Assembly (NCBI GenBank): GCA_963668625.2
Contig: CAXXKA010000006.1
Span: forward strand, 384,001 to 448,000
Reading direction: 5' to 3'
Source of the DNA: an uncultured candidate division Zixibacteria bacterium
GTDB lineage: Bacteria > Zixibacteria > MSB-5A5 > UBA10806 > 4484-95
DNA: 64,000 nucleotides
The notes under the pieces are model-generated. The model was not told the origin of the DNA and did no database searches. It saw only the letters and a list, made by a program, of their open reading frames with translations. The first letter of the stretch is position 1, and every line of letters starts with the position of its first letter. The translations under genes were made by a program, and so were the position numbers. Positions 58,944 through 64,000 of this stretch are shown piece after piece.

Positions 58944-59520
58944 GACATAAAGTAATTTGAGGTGAGAAATCACTAAGCGTAATAATAGTTGTATTGAAGT
59001 AATATTGACCCGCTAATGGCTTAGTTAAATCGATTGGCGTTTAGTTGTTTTCGCGATTTAATGGCTTAATATGGGTTAATTACTGATTTTCCCACCTTGA
59101 ATATTAAACAATATAGCGAATTTTAAAGGGGAGGCTAACCTGGTAAATTCAATACTTTTAGAGGGATTATTGGCTTTTTTTATAATCGCCGTTTACAATC
59201 AGAATGCTATTCCATCTCTCATAATGATTAATTTCTGGGAAAAGAAATTATAGTCCAAACAGCGGGGGCTGGTGATCATGTCTGGCTGGATGAAAGTATT
59301 ATTGGTGTTCAGGTATAATGATAATATGGCAAGAAGGGGGCTGCTATGTTTTATCTGATCGTATCTGCACCATTTTGGCATCCGTTTCAAGTGATGCTGG
59401 GAGTATTATTCATCCAGCCGGCTGGTCGCCGGAAGTATTATCTTGAAGACTGTAATTATGGAGAAATCTTTAATATGTGCCATTAATCCTTTATAACGTA
59501 ACAAGATACGAGAAATTAAC

Positions 59521-59536
59521 GGGCATGTTATTTGCA
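59521..59536 (+). promoter_or_regulatory. Putative sigma54 promoter
   Basis: GGGCAT-GTTAT-TTGCA upstream of the 59689 gene. Confidence 0.55.
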
Positions 59537-59688
59537 TTTTAGTTAAAACGAGGTTTAAGAAATTTATTATTACATAGTAACTTAGTTAAAAGGAAAACGG
59601 GGGTTAACTGAAAAACATTGCATAGTAATGTCTGATGTTTTCACTTTTTCCGCAAAACAAACTGTATTAGATAGACAGGAGAGAGGGA

Positions 59689-60747
59689 ATGAAGAGAATG
59701 GTAAAGTATGTAGTATTAGCTTTAATGATCGGTATGATGATTACCGGCTGCGAAAATAGCAACAATCCTGTAGAATTAGAGTCTCCCGGCTCATTAGCGT
59801 TGTGGGTATTACCCGATGGCGCCGTGTTCGAGTCTGCAACTTTGAATATCTACATTGCGATTCCCAGTAACCAGACCGTGAATGTCCACAGGGTAACATC
59901 CGCCTGGGATGAGGGCGCAGTGACCTGGAATAATTTCGGTGGCGCTTATGATGCCGCTATCGAGGATTCGTTCGAGTGTGATGCCAACGATTGGCGCAGT
60001 GTCGATTTGAGCGCGACAGTCATGGGCTGGATAAGCGGTGATTATACCGATTATGGCGTGTTGCTCGATCAAGAGATCATTCCATATCCGCGTGGTATTT
60101 ACCACAGCCGTGAAGCTTACATAAACGAGCCTTACCTGATGATTACCTACATGCTAAATGGTGATAGCGTAACCGAGTATATCATCGCCGAGGCGGATGC
60201 CTATATATCTCAGGCCGAGCCGGATATTAACTTCGGTTTCGAGACAACGTTATTTACCGGTTTTGCCGCAGACAACAACCTCGAGAAACAAAGCCTTCTC
60301 TGGTTCGATATTGAGGGCGAACCAGAGCCGGAGGGCTGCACCGGCACAATCGGTTACTGGAAGAATCACGCCGGCATGAAACATCAGGCCGACATGGTAA
60401 CGCCGCTACTGCCGATTTGGCTAGGCGATGCGGACGGCGACAAGAGCCTGTATATCGATACCGCCGAGATGGCCGTGGATGTATTGAAGATGAAAACCTA
60501 CGGCCGTAATTCCAACGGGGTCACCAAGCTTTACGCCCAGTTACTGGGCGCGAAACTCAACCTGGCCAATGGCGCCAGTGGTGATGATGTCGCTGATGCT
60601 ATCGCGGAAGTCGACGCGTTCCTGGCCATGTACGATTGGAACGACTGGGATGATTTAGATAATGATATGAGGGGTGAGGTCATCCAGCTTAAGGATATAT
60701 TTGATGATTACAACAATGGAGTAATTGGCCCCGGCCATTGTGACTAG
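59689..60747 (+). CDS. Lipoprotein with DNRLRE-like domain and 'GCT.T.GYWKNH' C-terminal domain
   Basis: Lipobox ITGC; SATL, W.E..VTWNN, F/Y.S.E and P.L..TY motifs. Confidence 0.7.
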   Translation: MKRMVKYVVLALMIGMMITGCENSNNPVELESPGSLALWVLPDGAVFESATLNIYIAIPSNQTVNVHRVTSAWDEGAVTWNNFGGAYDAAIEDSFECDANDWRSVDLSATVMGWISGDYTDYGVLLDQEIIPYPRGIYHSREAYINEPYLMITYMLNGDSVTEYIIAEADAYISQAEPDINFGFETTLFTGFAADNNLEKQSLLWFDIEGEPEPEGCTGTIGYWKNHAGMKHQADMVTPLLPIWLGDADGDKSLYIDTAEMAVDVLKMKTYGRNSNGVTKLYAQLLGAKLNLANGASGDDVADAIAEVDAFLAMYDWNDWDDLDNDMRGEVIQLKDIFDDYNNGVIGPGHCD

Positions 60748-60801
60748 TAATCATCGTTTAACGTAATGTCGTAATTAAAACGGCATGAAAAACCGCCAGA
60801 G

Positions 60802-60830
60802 CCTGCCGGAGAGATCCGGCAGGTTTTTTT
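60802..60830 (+). terminator. Intrinsic terminator
   Basis: CCTGCCGGA/TCCGGCAGG stem followed by T7. Confidence 0.85.
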
Positions 60831-60868
60831 ACATTGAACTTTTATTTTATTGATATTAAATAATAAGT

Positions 60869-61696
60869 ATGAGGAATCTGTTCACATTGCTGATTTTACT
60901 AGTGTTGTGTATTTCAGTTTATTCGCAAGAATTAGTTTATCCATGGTTGACAGATAACGACTCTGCCTCAAGTCTAGTTAATCGCATAAACCCTCCTGAT
61001 GATTTCACGAGAATTTCTACCGAGTCTGGTAGTTTCTCTGAGTGGCTCCAAAACCTGCCTTTAAAGCCAGGCAATCCTCCAATCTATTATCATGATGGTA
61101 GAAAGAAATTCATGCAACTGGCTAATTTTGCGGTTATCGATATCGATATAGGCGAGAAGGACCTTCAGCAATGCGCCGATGCTGTCTTACGTCTACGGTG
61201 TGAGTATTTTTACTCGAAAAAGGATTATGACCTAATCGCCTTCAATTTTACCAGTGGTGATAAATTCTGCTATTCTGAATGGCTTGAGGGTAAAACTCCA
61301 GTTATAAAGGGCAATGTTGTACGATGGATCCAAAAAGGAAAACGAACTGATAATAGAGGTATTTTCAAAAAGTATCTGGAGATACTATTCACCTATGCAG
61401 GTTCATATTCATTAAGCAAAGAATTAAATACGGTTGATGATATAACCGATATGAGAATCGGTGATGTTTTCATAGAGGGCGGATTTCCGGGCCACGCCAT
61501 GATAGTGATTGATATGGCTGAAAATCGAGAGACGGGGGGAAAAGTCTTTCTGTTGGCTCAAAGTTATATGCCTGCCCAGAGTATTCATATAGTTAAAAGG
61601 CCGCTTTTAGGGGCATGGTTTAATCTCGATTTCGAGGGTAAGCTTCGGACACTGGAATGGGCATTCGATAAAGATGATCTGATGCGGTTCAAGTAA
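60869..61696 (+). CDS. DUF4846 domain protein
   Basis: WL.NLPLKP, DLQQCADA..RLR.EY, GGFPGHA and LAQSYMPAQ. Confidence 0.8.
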   Translation: MRNLFTLLILLVLCISVYSQELVYPWLTDNDSASSLVNRINPPDDFTRISTESGSFSEWLQNLPLKPGNPPIYYHDGRKKFMQLANFAVIDIDIGEKDLQQCADAVLRLRCEYFYSKKDYDLIAFNFTSGDKFCYSEWLEGKTPVIKGNVVRWIQKGKRTDNRGIFKKYLEILFTYAGSYSLSKELNTVDDITDMRIGDVFIEGGFPGHAMIVIDMAENRETGGKVFLLAQSYMPAQSIHIVKRPLLGAWFNLDFEGKLRTLEWAFDKDDLMRFK

Positions 61697-61717
61697 TTAT
61701 CAGCTTGTTTAAACTAA

Positions 61718-62500
61718 CTACACCTTCCGGGCCTTCACCGCCAGCATCAGTGGAAACTTCTTCGACTCATCCGGGGGATACCAGTAGCCATCATCATGTT
61801 GTATCCAGTCATCCCGGTAATTGTTGAAACTGAATGGATACTCGCCCAGGCGCTCTATCCTTAGCCCAGCATTGATAAGGGCATTGAATATCTGAGAAAC
61901 CGTGTACTGATACTCGATACTATCTCCCTCGATAATCGTGTCTGTCTCGCAGTAGTCCGGCTCGTTAGGATAGACTAAAGGCCCATCACAGAAATAGTCC
62001 TCGGCCGGATCATAAGCGGGGTAAACAACTGGATGAGAATCGATAAAGTATAATATACCATCAGGTTGAAGGAAATGAGACACAATCTCAGCCCACTTGT
62101 TTACATCAGCAAGCCAGCCTAATGTACCGTACGATTGATACACGATATCGAATTTTTGCGAAAGAACATTCGGCAAATCAAACAGATCGGAACGGATGAA
62201 CTCTGCTTTCAGGCCCGCCCTGGCTTTCACCTCGTTGGCTACCTCTATAGCCCGGTCTGATATATCCGCGCCTGTTACGATAGCTCCCTCGCGCGCCCAG
62301 GAGAGCGTATCAAGCCCGAAATGGCACATCAGGTGGAGAAGCTTTTTGCCGGTGACATCACCCAGCGCCTCTTTTTCAAGGTGATATAGCGAGGAACCGC
62401 CCTCGATGACCTGATTTGTTTTATACGATGGATGGTTCACATGCAGGTCTGTCATAATATTCCAGCGTTTGCGGTTATTTTCGTGATGTTCTATTGGCAT
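61718..62500 (-). CDS. Class I SAM-dependent methyltransferase
   Basis: LLHLMCHFGLDTLS, G.D.S and FDIVY. Confidence 0.88.
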   Translation of the reverse strand: MPIEHHENNRKRWNIMTDLHVNHPSYKTNQVIEGGSSLYHLEKEALGDVTGKKLLHLMCHFGLDTLSWAREGAIVTGADISDRAIEVANEVKARAGLKAEFIRSDLFDLPNVLSQKFDIVYQSYGTLGWLADVNKWAEIVSHFLQPDGILYFIDSHPVVYPAYDPAEDYFCDGPLVYPNEPDYCETDTIIEGDSIEYQYTVSQIFNALINAGLRIERLGEYPFSFNNYRDDWIQHDDGYWYPPDESKKFPLMLAVKARKV

Positions 62501-62524
62501 ATCGGTATCCTTTTATTCCTATAT

Positions 62525-62610
62525 GGCAGGCAAGAAGAGGCAGCCCCGAAAGACACGTGATTGGGGTACGTCCTCGTGCCCCAACCGGTCTGCCTGCTAA
62601 TAAAAGCCGG
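62525..62610. repeat. REP-like palindromic element
   Basis: TTGGGGTACG-tcct-CGTGCCCCAA hairpin inside a GCAGGCA/TGCCTGC stem; inverted homolog of 47089-47215. Confidence 0.6.
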
Positions 62611-62652
62611 CGGACAGCCTCAAGGAATCTTCCAGCTATTTAGATTACTCAG

Positions 62653-63408
62653 TTAAATTTCAAACCCACGCTTTTCGAACTGTTTCCTTATGGGGTCGAG
62701 CTCTTTGAACCACTGTCCCCATTTACGGGAGATATGCTCGGTCCAACTGTAGGTATCGAACGTGAACGTTTCCTCTTTGTTACCTTTAAGATCGATCATG
62801 ATATTGCCGTCGCGATAATAATCCTGGGCCAGATAACCCTCATCCATTGTCTGCATAGCCTCATCAATTTCCTCATCGGTAAACTCCGGGTACTCATCCT
62901 CGAACAGGGTAAAACCGAGAGGATATCGCGGGCGGATCGGCTTGTCCTCATCGGGGTACCCCATGACAAGTTGCACCAGTGGGAACACGCGTTTTGGTAA
63001 CTTGTGACGTTTGGCCAGCGCCTCGGCCTCGTAGGGCACCATGCCGATATAGCAACTGCCCAATCCCAGGCTCTCGGCGGCGATCACCATGTTCTCACCC
63101 ATCAGGGTAACATCCTGTATGCCTAACAGAAACATGAACAGGTCGTTTGTTATCATCTCCCAGCCGCGTTTTTTCATGATAAGCTCCATGCGATGGGAGT
63201 CCATGCAGAATATGAACGATATAGGCGCGCCCCAGGGGATATGCTCTTTATCACGGGTTAGTATAACGCTGCCCATTTGCGCGGCAAACGGCGCCTGTTG
63301 GCCGGCACGCACTATCGTTTCGATAACCTCCTTGGATGGGACATCATCTTTATAGTTGCGTACGGATTTACGATTCATTATGGCGTCTATAACAGGGTTC
63401 GTTAGCAT
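62653..63408 (-). CDS. Nitroreductase family (NfsA/Frp-like)
   Basis: RKSVRNY, AAESLGLGSCYIG and GYP...RPR. Confidence 0.88.
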   Translation of the reverse strand: MLTNPVIDAIMNRKSVRNYKDDVPSKEVIETIVRAGQQAPFAAQMGSVILTRDKEHIPWGAPISFIFCMDSHRMELIMKKRGWEMITNDLFMFLLGIQDVTLMGENMVIAAESLGLGSCYIGMVPYEAEALAKRHKLPKRVFPLVQLVMGYPDEDKPIRPRYPLGFTLFEDEYPEFTDEEIDEAMQTMDEGYLAQDYYRDGNIMIDLKGNKEETFTFDTYSWTEHISRKWGQWFKELDPIRKQFEKRGFEI

Positions 63409-63434
63409 GGTTACCTCCCGTTTATTCAATCGGC

Positions 63435-63707
63435 TTAGTTTGTTAACTGCGTCCGGCAGTCATCAACTATATATGATGGAATCATCTTGAGAGCCAGATA
63501 AATTAGTAGCGGAATAATTATCAAATCATCAAGATGTCCTATGACAGGAATAAAATCGGGTATAAGATCGAATGGCATCAGGAAATATCCGACTGCTAAA
63601 AATAGGATTGCTCTGGGCAGCCACGGGGTGCGGGAATCACGCATGACCGTACGATACAGCGCTATCTCGTTTTTGAGATTTTTAGCGAATGATTTGAGAT
63701 TGTTCAT
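63435..63707 (-). CDS. DUF1232 (YkvA) family protein
   Basis: RTPW and PFDLIPDFIPVIGHLDDL. Confidence 0.88.
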   Translation of the reverse strand: MNNLKSFAKNLKNEIALYRTVMRDSRTPWLPRAILFLAVGYFLMPFDLIPDFIPVIGHLDDLIIIPLLIYLALKMIPSYIVDDCRTQLTN

Positions 63708-63896
63708 ATTGATATATAACATTTTTATGAGATTATCATAAATAAAATTCATTAATCAACCAAACTATAACCGAGCAGAATCAGGTACTGAGATAATACA
63801 ATTCTTGATGTTTAGGCTAATGCTCGAAACATATAGTAATAGTTTTCGTAGATGTGGTAAAGCTGTTAATCCACGCAAGTTTCTTTGGAGGAGCAA

Positions 63897-64000
63897 TTGA
63901 ATAAGCAGAAATCTATAATCGCTAAAAGTAGTGTTGGAGTTTATCTAGCATTGTTTTCTTTTATCGTTCTTTCTTTTCCAGCTACAGCGGATAATGTCCC
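63897..64000 (+). CDS. 5' end of a secreted protein (truncated by window edge)
   Basis: GGAGGAG RBS, TTG start, signal-peptide-like MNKQKSIIAKSSVGVYLALFSFIVLSFPATA|D. Confidence 0.5.
   Translation, partial: MNKQKSIIAKSSVGVYLALFSFIVLSFPATADNV

Noticed and set aside
1-64000. CRISPR array, rRNA, tRNA or prophage genes
   Set aside because: No regularly spaced short repeats, RNA gene signatures or phage hallmark proteins were seen

Overview
Bacterial chromosomal window. Gene content suggests a Zixibacteria-like or other FCB-associated lineage (inference). Housekeeping blocks are rmuC, argF, tolQR/tonB-like, xerD-GGDEF, uvrC-MBL-PHP-mpg and yebC-ruvCAB-queA-ispDF-dedA-ddl-HAD-M42-cysS. They are interspersed with 11 largely intact secreted proteins ending in a T9SS type-A-like/FlgD-Ig C-terminal sorting domain (CTD; 'YPNPFN...L(L/I)K'), plus one scrambled copy and one remnant. 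One IS256 element has intact flanking direct repeats. The most notable structures are two tandem arrays (16.3-27.2 kb and 38.7-47.0 kb) in which divergent passenger genes, mostly AT-rich, end in nearly identical GC-richer CTD DNA modules. In the first array the repeat also carries the promoter of the next unit, and the intact units pair a small Cys-containing secreted protein with a BNR beta-propeller. The middle of that array (20.7-24.3 kb) is a base-level interleaving of neighbouring units, most likely a collapsed or heterogeneous array in the assembly. Other candidates: a sigma54-driven structured leader with a 34-aa membrane peptide, a dispersed ~90-nt structured repeat with covariation, a recurrent 'hydrophobic-hydrophobic-L/T-D|S/T' putative maturation motif, a circularly permuted DNRLRE domain and a catalytically degenerate RNase H fold. 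No tRNA, rRNA, CRISPR or reverse transcriptase was seen.
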